64,000 nucleotides of DNA from Candidatus Kaiserbacteria bacterium (GTDB lineage Bacteria; Patescibacteriota; Minisyncoccia; Phycocordibacterales; Phycocordibacteraceae): positions 916,562-980,561 of the forward strand of contig OY969413.1 in the NCBI GenBank assembly GCA_963699165.1. The letters are read 5' to 3'. Positions 26,216-35,511 of this stretch are shown piece after piece. The position numbers and the translations under genes were made by a program. Positions within the stretch are counted from its first letter, which is position 1. Each line of letters starts with the position of its first letter. The notes under the pieces are model-generated. The model was not told the DNA's origin. It searched no databases and saw only the letters and a list, made by a program, of their open reading frames with translations.

Positions 26216-26935
26216 ATGTATCTCGGCAAAAAAGTCAGCATCGTATTTCCCGTCTATAACGAGAAGGAGAATATCAAGAATGCGATTGAAGAGTTCCTGC
26301 GGCATCCCGCCGTCGATGAGATCATCGCCGTCGATAATAATTCAAAAGACGGGAGCGACAAAGAAATACAATTGACCTCGGCGAAGTATGTGAAAGAGAC
26401 AACGCAAGGGTACGGCGCGGCAATGCGGCGCGGGATGCGCGAAGCGAGCGGCGACCTCATCGTTACGGTTGAACCGGACGGTACTTTTTGTGCGGATGAT
26501 TTGGATCGTTTCCTCGTGTTTAGTCAGGATTATGAGGTTGTTTTCGGTACGCGCACATCGAGAAATCCCGTCTGGTCCGGTGGCGACCCCGGAGCAAATA
26601 TGTATTTTTCATTGCGCATGGGGAACTGGGCGGTTGTGAAATTGCTTGAGTATCTTTTCAACGGGCCTTCATTTACCGATGTCGGCTGCAGTTTTAAACT
26701 TATTCAGCGTCTTGCCTACGAGGAGATAAAAGATTCGCTCACTGTCGATGGGAACTGATTCTCTCCCGAATACATGATTCGCGTGTTACAGCATAAACTT
26801 TCCGTGGTTGAGATACCGGTGCGATATGGTGCGCGCATCGGCACATCGAAGATAACGGGGAAGCAATCCAAAGCAATAAAGCTCGGGTTTCGCATGATAT
26901 GGCTCATTCTCACGGAGCGTTTCAAGCCGCAGTAG
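26216..26935 (+). pseudogene. GT2 DPM1-like polyprenol-phosphate glycosyltransferase interrupted by an in-frame TGA at 26756..26758. The upstream part is 26216..26758, and the downstream part continues in the same frame to 26935.
   Basis: The N-terminal part (…VSIVFPVYNEKENI…AVDNNSKDGS…TVEPDGTF…) ends …SLTVDGN-TGA. Reading straight on in the same frame gives FSPEYMIRVLQHKLSVVEIPVRYGARIGTSKITGKQSKAIKLGF…, which is the conserved C-terminal segment of DPM1/GtrB-like GT2s. TGA is a normal stop elsewhere in the window, for example at rsmI. Confidence 0.55.
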
Positions 26936-26945
26936 CATCCATCTT

Positions 26946-28727
26946 ATGTCCGGAGTCAAGACATTTCTAAAAAAACATCGACCGGCCGTCGCGCTTGCGG
27001 TCATCATACTGGCGCTCACCGCCCTACCTGCGCTCGACATTTTCCTTGTGCTTGGGAATTCTTGGCATGGCATTTTGCCGAACTTCAGCGACGAACTTAA
27101 TTTTGCCCGCGTGCATACGATAGGCGAGGGACATCTCACGGACGGCAACGCGTATTACTTCGAGCATCGCAACGGGCCGCCGCTCGTCGTTTTCGGCGGC
27201 GCATGGCTTAACGCGTTACCGCTATTTGCGGGCGTGCCGTTCAATACCGCGCTGTACATCAATTTCATCATTTGGAGTTTGCTTTTTGCGGCAGCCGTCT
27301 ATTGGCTCTTTCGAGAGCTCGGCGTTCCTCGATGGGCAAACGTGTTTGGCACGCTATTGTTATATCTGGAGGGCTATGTCCATGTGTGGAGGCCGGCAAA
27401 TCTTCAACCGGTATATCCGTTCTTCTTTTTATTCTACGTCGCCCTTGCCCGGCTTATCCGTGAACAGAGTCGCAAAAACATAGCGTTGCTTGCGCTTGTC
27501 ATAGGCGTCTCGTTTTATGTATTTGCGTATTTGTGGCAAATCGCGGGCATCACTCTCCTCCTCTTTTTGCTGTATGCGCTTAGCCGCAAGAATTGGGCGC
27601 TCGCAAAAGCAATAGCCGTTTCGGGATGCATCGGCGGCATCATCGGACTTCCGATACCCGTATACATGCTTTGGCTATCCAATGCATCGCCCTATTTCTG
27701 GCAGAGTATGGGACGGCTGGGTCTCGTGAATACGCATTTGCCCATGGCAGAAGTTATCTACTCGGGCGGATGGGTCGGCGTCATTCTTGCTTTCATGGCC
27801 ATACTCGCTTGGCGCGTTTGCCGTTTGCGGGAAGACGCGGATTTCCGACGGCTGAACGTATTTGTTTGGATTAGCGGACTCGGTCTTTGGGTTATGCAGG
27901 GAAGCAATCTTTTTACCGGCAAATTGCTCGAGACGGGCGAGCATGTGCGGCCGTTCATTTTGTTGTGGCTTATCTTTGTCACCGTCGGCATCGGCGTATT
28001 TTTGTGGAGTCGGCGGGCGCTATTCTCGAAGCGGATGCGCGGATTTGTCGGCATTATGCTCGGAATTCTTTCGGTGGCGAATGCGTACTATATCTACGAT
28101 GTATTTTCTCCGGTCATTTCACCGAACATATTTCGCGGACAATGGCAGACAGAACAGCAGTATGCCGGTCCGTTTGCGTGGCTCGATGAAAACGTGCAAG
28201 ACCCAACTGTGATATGGAGCGACCCGCATAATCCTCTCGCCGCGGACTTGCCGATCTTTACCAAACACTTCACGCTCGATGCCTACTGGGGAATGCTCGA
28301 GCTCGCACACGACAGCGAAATACGGGAGCGATACCTCGTCTCGCAGTATTTTAATAATCCGACATTGGCGGATCTCAAATCCCTGCCTGAAATGTCGCTC
28401 TATCTCGGGCGCCATGATTTGCCGCATGAGGCGGAAACGATTAATCGAGGAGTCAAAATTTGCCAAATGCTATTCTTTTGGAACAAGAACAAAAATTGCG
28501 GGACGCTCGTAACGCCGCAAGAAGTGCTCGGCGACAAATTCTTTTCGGATATGGAGACCGAGTTTCAGACGGACATCAAACCGAATATAAAAGCGTATCT
28601 GAAGAAATATCATGTTACCTACATACTCAAAGACGACGTCTTGGATCCGACGTATCAGCCCGAAGAACTTGGGGCCGTGCGCGTCTATGCCGATTCCCGG
28701 TTCGAGATTTATCGTTTGCCGCAATAG
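26946..28727 (+). CDS. Large polytopic membrane protein, a putative GT-C-fold glycosyltransferase or glycan-processing membrane enzyme.
   Basis: A 593-aa product with at least 10 predicted TM helices in the N-terminal two-thirds and a soluble C-terminal domain. It lies directly downstream of a polyprenol-P GT2. No specific family motif is assigned. Confidence 0.5.
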   Translation: MSGVKTFLKKHRPAVALAVIILALTALPALDIFLVLGNSWHGILPNFSDELNFARVHTIGEGHLTDGNAYYFEHRNGPPLVVFGGAWLNALPLFAGVPFNTALYINFIIWSLLFAAAVYWLFRELGVPRWANVFGTLLLYLEGYVHVWRPANLQPVYPFFFLFYVALARLIREQSRKNIALLALVIGVSFYVFAYLWQIAGITLLLFLLYALSRKNWALAKAIAVSGCIGGIIGLPIPVYMLWLSNASPYFWQSMGRLGLVNTHLPMAEVIYSGGWVGVILAFMAILAWRVCRLREDADFRRLNVFVWISGLGLWVMQGSNLFTGKLLETGEHVRPFILLWLIFVTVGIGVFLWSRRALFSKRMRGFVGIMLGILSVANAYYIYDVFSPVISPNIFRGQWQTEQQYAGPFAWLDENVQDPTVIWSDPHNPLAADLPIFTKHFTLDAYWGMLELAHDSEIRERYLVSQYFNNPTLADLKSLPEMSLYLGRHDLPHEAETINRGVKICQMLFFWNKNKNCGTLVTPQEVLGDKFFSDMETEFQTDIKPNIKAYLKKYHVTYILKDDVLDPTYQPEELGAVRVYADSRFEIYRLPQ

Positions 28728-28730
28728 CGT

Positions 28731-29426
28731 ATGGAAAAACAAACCGATGCCGCACTAGGGGAATCATCAGACGGAGCCGTATTGCAGAGGATGTATCGCG
28801 CCCGCTTCGAAGGACGCCTATCCTACAGAAACGAAGTGTGGCAGGCGCTGATTAAGAACTATTTTCAGCGGTTTGTCCGTCCGCAGGATGCCGTGCTGGA
28901 TTTGGGAGCGGGCTACGGCGAGTTTATAAACAATATTGCATGCGAAAAAAAATACGCACTCGACTTGAATCCCGAAACCGTTCGGCGGGTTAATTCGGGG
29001 GTTCAGGTGCTTGCGCAGGATTGTTCAAAGCCATGGCCGCTTCCGGACAATGCGCTCGATGTCGTGTTCACGAGCAATTTCTTTGAACATTTGCCGCACA
29101 AAAAGACACTCGCCCTTGTTCTTGCCGAGGCGCGTCGATGTCTTAAACCGTCCGGCTTGCTTATCGCGCTCGGGCCGAACGTCAAACATCTTCCGGGCGC
29201 GTATTGGGATTTCTTGGACCACTATATTCCGCTGACGGAACTTTCGCTTTCCGAGGCGTTCACCCAGCAGGGATTCGGTATTGAAAAGTGCGTGGAGAAA
29301 TTTTTGCCGTTTACCATGGTCAACGGTCCGCACTACCCGGTTATTTTTATCGAGGCGTACCTGCATTTCCCGCCCGCGTGGCGCATACTTGGCAAGCAAT
29401 TCTTGGTTATAGGGAAGAAGGATTGA
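28731..29426 (+). CDS. Class I SAM-dependent methyltransferase.
   Basis: VLDLGAGYGEF motif I, …VVFTSNFFEHLP…, …LKPSGLLIALGPN… motifs. Confidence 0.7.
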   Translation: MEKQTDAALGESSDGAVLQRMYRARFEGRLSYRNEVWQALIKNYFQRFVRPQDAVLDLGAGYGEFINNIACEKKYALDLNPETVRRVNSGVQVLAQDCSKPWPLPDNALDVVFTSNFFEHLPHKKTLALVLAEARRCLKPSGLLIALGPNVKHLPGAYWDFLDHYIPLTELSLSEAFTQQGFGIEKCVEKFLPFTMVNGPHYPVIFIEAYLHFPPAWRILGKQFLVIGKKD

Positions 29427-29428
29427 AT

Positions 29429-29713
29429 ATGAATCCCGTTAGAGATAAACAATTTGCATATGTGTACGTACTTCGTAGCGAAAAGGACGGTAAATTTTAT
29501 ACGGGGTGCACACAGGATTTACGGAAACGTTTTCAGGAACATATCGCAGGGAAGGGAGGTTATACTAAACATCGTGGACCCTATACGCTCATATACTACG
29601 AGGCTTCAAAATCTCTTGACGACGCCTACGATAGAGAACGCTATCTCAAAAGCGGCATGGGTAAACGCTACATTAGGAATCGCCTCAAACGTTTCCTATC
29701 TCTAACGGGATGA
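29429..29713 (+). CDS. Standalone GIY-YIG nuclease-domain protein (94 aa).
   Basis: FAYVYVLRSEKDGKFYTGCTQDLRKRFQEH… is the GIY-YIG motif. RBS aggatt. The longer upstream extension from 29288 overlaps the methyltransferase gene and is rejected. Confidence 0.75.
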   Translation: MNPVRDKQFAYVYVLRSEKDGKFYTGCTQDLRKRFQEHIAGKGGYTKHRGPYTLIYYEASKSLDDAYDRERYLKSGMGKRYIRNRLKRFLSLTG

Positions 29714-30846
29714 AAATTTACTACATCGTTAATGCCCGCATGCCGACCGACAAGGCGCATGGGATACAGGTAGCCAAGATGTGTGAAGCATTTATCGAGG
29801 CAGGGGTAGACGTTACGCTTGTTTTCCCTCGCCGTTTCGGAATCGAGGAGTCCATGCGCGAGCACTACGATTTGCGCGTCGACATTCCGGTTGTGCGGCT
29901 CCCGGCGTTCGATTGGGGTATGGGAGGCCCTTTTTACTATCGTCTTAGCGCTCTGACATTCGTATGTTCGTATCTGTGGTTTTTTTATACCGCAATAGAT
30001 CGTAAGAATGCGGTCGTGTATACCGTCGATCTCGACCATATAACTTGCGTCGGCCTGCCGTTTCTCGGCCTGCCATATTTTTCAGAGATGCACGGCGGGA
30101 AGCCGCGGAGTTTGTTCTATCGATTGTTTTTCAAGAGAATGCGCGGCATCATAGCGACGACTACCATCACTCGCGATGAACTCGTTCGGAAATTCCATCT
30201 TCTTCCGGAACGGGTTCTGTTCGAGCCAAACGGAGTTGACTTCGCGCATCTCTCATCGCTCTCGCGAGAGAGCGCGCGCCGCGAGCTCGGTCTCCCGATA
30301 GAGAAACCCCTCGCACTTTATGTGGGCAGAGCGCTGTCCTGGAAGGGGATTGCTATACTCCCCGAAGCCGCCGCACTGATTTCCGATATCACATTGGGAT
30401 TTCTCGGCGGCACTGAGGAGGAGTTCAAAGCGGCATTTGGCGTCCCCGGCGCACCGGTCGTCTTTTATGGCAGCAAGCCGCACAATAAGGTGGGCACGTG
30501 GCTTGCGGCGGCCGATGTCTGTTTGGTTATCGGCACGCGGCACGACGAGTATTCGTATCGGTACACTTCGCCGATGAAGGTATACGAATATCTCGCAAGC
30601 GGAAGGCCTATTATCGCAAGTTCGACTCCGGCGCTTCACGATGTGCTTGGCGAGGACGAGTGTTATTTCTGCGAGCCGGATGATGCGGGGAGTCTCGCGA
30701 AAGCGATTGCGGCTGCGGTTGCCGATCCGGTGCGCTCAGAGCATATTGCGGAAAAGGGCATCGCGCGCGCGCGGGAACACACGTGGCAGAAGCGTGCGGA
30801 GAGGACAAAGACATTTATAGAACAGCTGACTTTGCACTCAAAATGA
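29710..30846 (+). CDS. GT4-family glycosyltransferase.
   Basis: GT-B fold with the C-terminal …TSPMKVYEYLASGRPIIASS… motif (E-X7-E-like). Confidence 0.8.
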   Translation: MKIYYIVNARMPTDKAHGIQVAKMCEAFIEAGVDVTLVFPRRFGIEESMREHYDLRVDIPVVRLPAFDWGMGGPFYYRLSALTFVCSYLWFFYTAIDRKNAVVYTVDLDHITCVGLPFLGLPYFSEMHGGKPRSLFYRLFFKRMRGIIATTTITRDELVRKFHLLPERVLFEPNGVDFAHLSSLSRESARRELGLPIEKPLALYVGRALSWKGIAILPEAAALISDITLGFLGGTEEEFKAAFGVPGAPVVFYGSKPHNKVGTWLAAADVCLVIGTRHDEYSYRYTSPMKVYEYLASGRPIIASSTPALHDVLGEDECYFCEPDDAGSLAKAIAAAVADPVRSEHIAEKGIARAREHTWQKRAERTKTFIEQLTLHSK

Positions 30847-31715
30847 AACAACTTGCACATTTCAAGGCCTCTGTAAAATCCGGCGATGGGGAAGATGGCG
30901 TCATCGAGGAAATATTTAACCGCATTGGCGCGAGGTCCCGCGTCTGCGTCGAGTTTGGCGCCTTAAACGGCACGCATCACAGCAATACCTGGAATCTCAT
31001 CAACAATAAAGGATGGCACGCGCTCCTTATAGAAGCCGACCGCACGTACTTTGAGAAATTGCAGACGCTGTATGAGCACAATCCGAGCGTGCAGTGTCTC
31101 AACTCGTTCGTATCCTTCGAGGGAGAGAATTCGCTTGATGCAATTTTCACCCGCGCGGCGCTTCCGCGAGATTTCGACCTCATGTCTGTCGATATCGATG
31201 GCAATGATTATCATGTGTGGGAATCGATGCAAGAATTTAAGCCGCGCGTTGTGATTATCGAGTTCAATCCGACCATTCCGAATGATATTTCCTTCATACA
31301 GCCCCGCGACATGCAGGTGCAGCAGGGTTCGTCGCTCCGCGCGCTTGCAGAACTCGGCAAGAAGAAGGGCTATGTGCTGGCTTCGGTAATCGGCTCAAAC
31401 GCATTCTTCGTTAGCGAAAGTGATTTTGTCGCGCTCCACGTGGAGCAGGAATCACTTGAGGCATTGAACCCCGACACGACTTTCTATACGCGGCTTTTTC
31501 AGCTTTATGACGGCACGCTGGTGCTTGATGGCTACAAGAATTTGCTCTGGCGCCGCATACCTATTGACGAGGCAAAACTGCAAGTCCTGCCGCCTCGCAA
31601 GCGTGTATTTCGAAGCGGTATAAGCGCCGACCCGTTCAAGCGCCGTCTAGCGTACTATGTGCGCCGCTCGCCGGCGTATGAGCTTCTCAAGGCGCTTCGC
31701 AATCTCTTTCGTTGA
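30843..31715 (+). CDS. Hypothetical protein, a possible FkbM-like methyltransferase fold (weak).
   Basis: Gly-rich VCVEFGALNGTHH and LMSVDIDGNDYHVW resemble FkbM motifs (DxGAnxG / lKiDiEGxE). ATGA overlap with the upstream GT4. The assignment is tentative. Confidence 0.45.
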   Translation: MKQLAHFKASVKSGDGEDGVIEEIFNRIGARSRVCVEFGALNGTHHSNTWNLINNKGWHALLIEADRTYFEKLQTLYEHNPSVQCLNSFVSFEGENSLDAIFTRAALPRDFDLMSVDIDGNDYHVWESMQEFKPRVVIIEFNPTIPNDISFIQPRDMQVQQGSSLRALAELGKKKGYVLASVIGSNAFFVSESDFVALHVEQESLEALNPDTTFYTRLFQLYDGTLVLDGYKNLLWRRIPIDEAKLQVLPPRKRVFRSGISADPFKRRLAYYVRRSPAYELLKALRNLFR

Positions 31716-31942
31716 TATGAACGAATTTTTAAAAAAAATTATTCCTGTGGAATGGCGCTATGTTGAGACGGTTGCAGACCCAAGCTCTCGGATATCGGCA
31801 TTGAAGGAACGGGCGCGATTTCTCATGCAGAAAGGGTATACACTATACAAGCTATGCGGCGCCTCGCGAATATTTATTAATTCGATTACTGCAAAATGAA
31901 ATTTTTATCGCATCTGCGAACGAGGGTTGGTGTAGCCGTATT

Positions 31943-32581
31943 GTGCGCGCGCGCCATGGAGTCGTCATTTTCTTTCAGGATAAACCTCGCCGGGACGATC
32001 TCGACACGGTTCATAAAGTGAGCAAAGAAACAAAAATGCTTATCTCGGACCACGAGGCATATCAGCTCATGATGGCCGTTCGACGTACAAAAAAAATACC
32101 CGGCGACATTGCCGAGGTCGGCACTTATCGCGGCGGCTCTTCAAAACTCATTGCGATAGCGCGCGGAGATGACAGTGCAAAGCACATTTACCTATTCGAC
32201 ACATTTGAAGGATTGCCGCCGCTCACAGACATCGACCGTACCCATTTTACCGACGATCAATATCCGGCTGATCTTGCTGAAGTAACCGCATATCTTGCTC
32301 CGTATCCAAACGTATCTCTCCATAAAGGTATATTTCCTCAAAGCGCCGGACCGATACTCGACAAGCGATTCTCATTTGTGCATTTAGACGTGGATTTGTA
32401 TGAGGCAACGCGAGATGCCATCAAATTTTTCTATCCGCGTATGGAGCGGGGAGCCGTATTAATTTCGCACGACTATTCAACCGCGCCCGGAGTGAGGAAG
32501 GCGATTGATGAATTTATGGCCGATAAACCCGAAGCGGTCTTTGAGTCCTCATGGCGACAATGTTTTATCGTGAAGATATAA
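31943..32581 (+). CDS. TylF/MycF-family (macrocin-O-methyltransferase-like) SAM-dependent O-methyltransferase.
   Basis: …IPGDIAEVGTYRGGSS… SAM-binding loop and …HLDVDLYEATRDAIKFF… are characteristic of TylF-family sugar O-methyltransferases. Confidence 0.65.
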   Translation: MRARHGVVIFFQDKPRRDDLDTVHKVSKETKMLISDHEAYQLMMAVRRTKKIPGDIAEVGTYRGGSSKLIAIARGDDSAKHIYLFDTFEGLPPLTDIDRTHFTDDQYPADLAEVTAYLAPYPNVSLHKGIFPQSAGPILDKRFSFVHLDVDLYEATRDAIKFFYPRMERGAVLISHDYSTAPGVRKAIDEFMADKPEAVFESSWRQCFIVKI

Positions 32582-32584
32582 GCC

Positions 32585-33604
32585 ATGCCAATTAATAAAG
32601 CACTGACCTTTCGCGCGTCCTCCATCGGTGATTGTCTGATGGGGAAGTATTTGCTCGAGAATATCCACCGGCAATATCCGGATGCGCGGCTCGGTATTGT
32701 CGTGGCAAGCAGGGGAGCGATGATTCGCGACCTCTTTGCGGCATATCCGTGGTTGGAGATACTCGAGGCGAGTCGCCGCCGCCCCTCGTCTCTGGTATCG
32801 CTGTGGAAGCGATACCACGGAAGCGACCTCGTCGTAACGCAGTATGCGGGAAAAAAGGGCGGGAAATTCGCCCTCGCGAGTAAGATTGCCGCGCGGGTAC
32901 TTTGCAAACGAGGCGGCTTGGTCGGTTTTGAAGATTCGTTTCGTTTTAATAATCTTGTTTATCACCGACTCATCCCTTTTCGGCTTGATGTTTCCATCAC
33001 CGGGCATGAACGCACCGCGTTGAAGTCAATCGGGCTTCCCGTGTCAATTCCGTTCCCTAAACTCGAAATCGTTCGGGATGACTCGATAGTGTCCAAGTAC
33101 CATTTAGAAAAAAATGCCTATGTGGTGGTGCATCTTTTTGCGGGAAATAAAAGCCGCGGATTGTCTCCGGATAAGAAGCGGGCTCTCATAGAATCTCTTG
33201 TCGAGCAGTTCCCCGGACTTCCATTACTCGTAACCGGAGGACCTGACGACCGGGAAGAGGCGCTCCGCGTTGCGGAAGGCACTTCCGCGATAGTTTGTGC
33301 AGGGGAAACGAATTTGCAGGAAACCATGAATTTGATTTCGGAAAGCCGCGGAGTCGTGAGCGTTGACACCGGCATCGCGCATATCGCGGCCCAGCTCGGG
33401 AAGCCGCTTGTCGTTTTGCGTTCATGCCTTGCGCCCAACTGGTGGTTTGAAGAGCAATATGGAAAGAGTTCTCAAATTGCCGTATTTTCTTGCGATTCTG
33501 TTTGTGCCGAGGGACATATCGCGCAATCCTCCGGCTACCCGAAATGTCTTGATAGCATCGATATGGAGGAAGTCGCACAGAACGCCAAGAAAATGTTGAC
33601 ATGA
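32585..33604 (+). CDS. GT9-family glycosyltransferase (heptosyltransferase-like), the second copy in the cluster.
   Basis: GT9 signature …RGVVSVDTGIAHIAAQLGKPLVVL…. Confidence 0.7.
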   Translation: MPINKALTFRASSIGDCLMGKYLLENIHRQYPDARLGIVVASRGAMIRDLFAAYPWLEILEASRRRPSSLVSLWKRYHGSDLVVTQYAGKKGGKFALASKIAARVLCKRGGLVGFEDSFRFNNLVYHRLIPFRLDVSITGHERTALKSIGLPVSIPFPKLEIVRDDSIVSKYHLEKNAYVVVHLFAGNKSRGLSPDKKRALIESLVEQFPGLPLLVTGGPDDREEALRVAEGTSAIVCAGETNLQETMNLISESRGVVSVDTGIAHIAAQLGKPLVVLRSCLAPNWWFEEQYGKSSQIAVFSCDSVCAEGHIAQSSGYPKCLDSIDMEEVAQNAKKMLT

Positions 33605-35511
33605 AGCGGAACCTTTCTTGCCGGAACGGCGTTGTAGCATTTATGGGAACAGAGAGATCGGTGCTTATTTCAGAATTGAGCCAGTTGGCGGAAGTTCTTG
33701 CGTACAAAGAAGCGCATCCGAATGCGCCGATTATTTGCATTGATTTTTGGGTCGAGCGCGAACTTGAAAAGAAAGGGATTAAATTCACCTCGCTTAGGGA
33801 CTTTGAGCCCGCGGAGGAGACGGAAGAGGAGTGGTGGGTTCTCGCGCAAGATATTGCGCGAGAGTGGTACCGTCTCCCCGCGATGCGTTTTTTCGAGTAC
33901 AAGGGTATCAACATCGGCGAAGCGCTTGAACCGATGTTGCAGGAATATCTATCGAGGTTGTTTTATTTCGGGCGAATATTCCTCGCGCTGAAGAAATCAC
34001 ATCCGGAAGTCCGTCTCTATATTCCGACTCCGGCAGTAGAGGACATCCCGACCGTAGGACCTCTGGCTTTTTTCGAGCGATGGGCGGTTATCGATGCCGC
34101 GCGAATGACGGGTTTGCAAAGCGAAGCGTATGATACGCGCATGCTGTCGGACCGGCATGTATTTCCCCGAACCGCGGCAAAATCGTGGACCATTCGTTTG
34201 TACAATTTATTGGTAGGCTTTGCTCCCCGTCGACCGCTGAAAATCTATGCGAGCGAGTATTGGTCGCACATCGCTCCCGTCATCGAGTCAATGAATGATG
34301 CGGAGCTCGTTTTGATGGAAAGCAGCCAGCTCAAAAATATTTCATGGCGGCAAATCTTGAAGCATCGCATTCGCATCCAACATCCGGCAGACGCGACAAC
34401 CGGCCGGATGAAACGCAATGCAATCCGGCTTTCAAAAGAATTTCTCGAACAGTGGGGGAGTGCAAAAAAAGATGTCGGAGATTATTTTCTTTCAAAGAAC
34501 GCCGAGCTCGATTGGAGTCCCGTGCTCGAGGCCTGCGAATATTTGATTTCGTATTCGCCGAGAATTATCGCAGACATCGACGCATTGCGACGCATAATGG
34601 AGCGGGAGAAACCTGCGGTCGTCCTACAGCGCGCATCGATTGGAGGTCACATGCACCATTTCTTCCTTATGGCCCGCATCTCTGCGCAGCTCAAAATTCC
34701 ATCGGTTGAGTTGCAGCATGCGGGTGCGGTGTTCGACCCGCGGTCCGTGCATTCGCGTCTCGAAACATCGTATCTGGCTGCGTACGGCGAAATCGAGCGG
34801 GAACAGTATGCCAAAAACGGATATGTGCCGAAGCGTATCATTCCCATCGGTTCCCCAAGAATCGACACATATCGTGTTCGCTCCTCCCAAGCGGGTCATG
34901 AACGCGAAACGGTATTGCGGTCGCTCATGTTGGATACGGAGAGGCCAGTTGTCTTGGTAGCGATTCCCTACGAAAACGCCGGACTGTACTACGCCGCGTT
35001 CTCTTCGTATGCACTGGGTAAGGTTTTTCAAACTATTCAGCATGTGCGGCGCGAATTTCCGGACATCCAATATATTTTCAAATTTCGGCACCGAAATGTC
35101 GCAGAGTGCCACAGAATGTATCTCGCGGAATTGTTTCCCGAAGGGGGCATTGCAATTGCGGAAACAGACCCTCAACCTTTCATTCAGGTGAGCGACGTTG
35201 TGCTTTCCGGCAATTCGACCATTCTTTACGAAGCCATGATTAATCACCGTCCGCTTATGCTTTACCCGTGGAAGGCTTGGGATGGGAACCTTGGCGTCTA
35301 TAGTGGCGTTGCACCTTTTTTGCATTCCAAAGAAGAACTTTCCGTCGTTCTGAAAAAGTTCTTTTCCGACAAATCATTTGCGCGCGATTTGCTTGAAAAA
35401 GAACAGAGCTTCATCGAGCGGCACGCCTTTGACGGGCATTCCTCCGAGCGCGCTGCGGCGCTGTTGCGCAAAGTGTCTGCGGCGGGCAACAATGCCTACA
35501 AACCGGTATAG
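33601..35511 (+). CDS. Large hypothetical protein (636 aa) whose C-terminal region resembles GT-B KpsS/KpsC/TagF-type polysaccharide transferases.
   Basis: …PFIQVSDVVLSGNSTILYEAMINHRPLMLY… resembles the nucleotide-binding C-terminal motif of capsule-polysaccharide (Capsule_synth) and TagF-like enzymes. The rest is unassigned. Confidence 0.45.
   Translation: MKRNLSCRNGVVAFMGTERSVLISELSQLAEVLAYKEAHPNAPIICIDFWVERELEKKGIKFTSLRDFEPAEETEEEWWVLAQDIAREWYRLPAMRFFEYKGINIGEALEPMLQEYLSRLFYFGRIFLALKKSHPEVRLYIPTPAVEDIPTVGPLAFFERWAVIDAARMTGLQSEAYDTRMLSDRHVFPRTAAKSWTIRLYNLLVGFAPRRPLKIYASEYWSHIAPVIESMNDAELVLMESSQLKNISWRQILKHRIRIQHPADATTGRMKRNAIRLSKEFLEQWGSAKKDVGDYFLSKNAELDWSPVLEACEYLISYSPRIIADIDALRRIMEREKPAVVLQRASIGGHMHHFFLMARISAQLKIPSVELQHAGAVFDPRSVHSRLETSYLAAYGEIEREQYAKNGYVPKRIIPIGSPRIDTYRVRSSQAGHERETVLRSLMLDTERPVVLVAIPYENAGLYYAAFSSYALGKVFQTIQHVRREFPDIQYIFKFRHRNVAECHRMYLAELFPEGGIAIAETDPQPFIQVSDVVLSGNSTILYEAMINHRPLMLYPWKAWDGNLGVYSGVAPFLHSKEELSVVLKKFFSDKSFARDLLEKEQSFIERHAFDGHSSERAAALLRKVSAAGNNAYKPV

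Noticed and set aside
26756-26758. The idea that TGA is a sense codon genome-wide (genetic code 4 or 25), explaining the interrupted GT2.
   Set aside because: TGA terminates several well-conserved genes exactly where their homologues end, for example rsmI at 6121..6123 and GT genes ending at 10618 and 30846. The standard code applies, and the internal TGA is a local event.
31717-31899. 60-aa ORF (MNEFLKKIIPVEWRYVETVADPSS…) after the 30843..31715 gene.
   Set aside because: It is short, has no motif and no clear RBS. It is left unannotated as a possible small protein.
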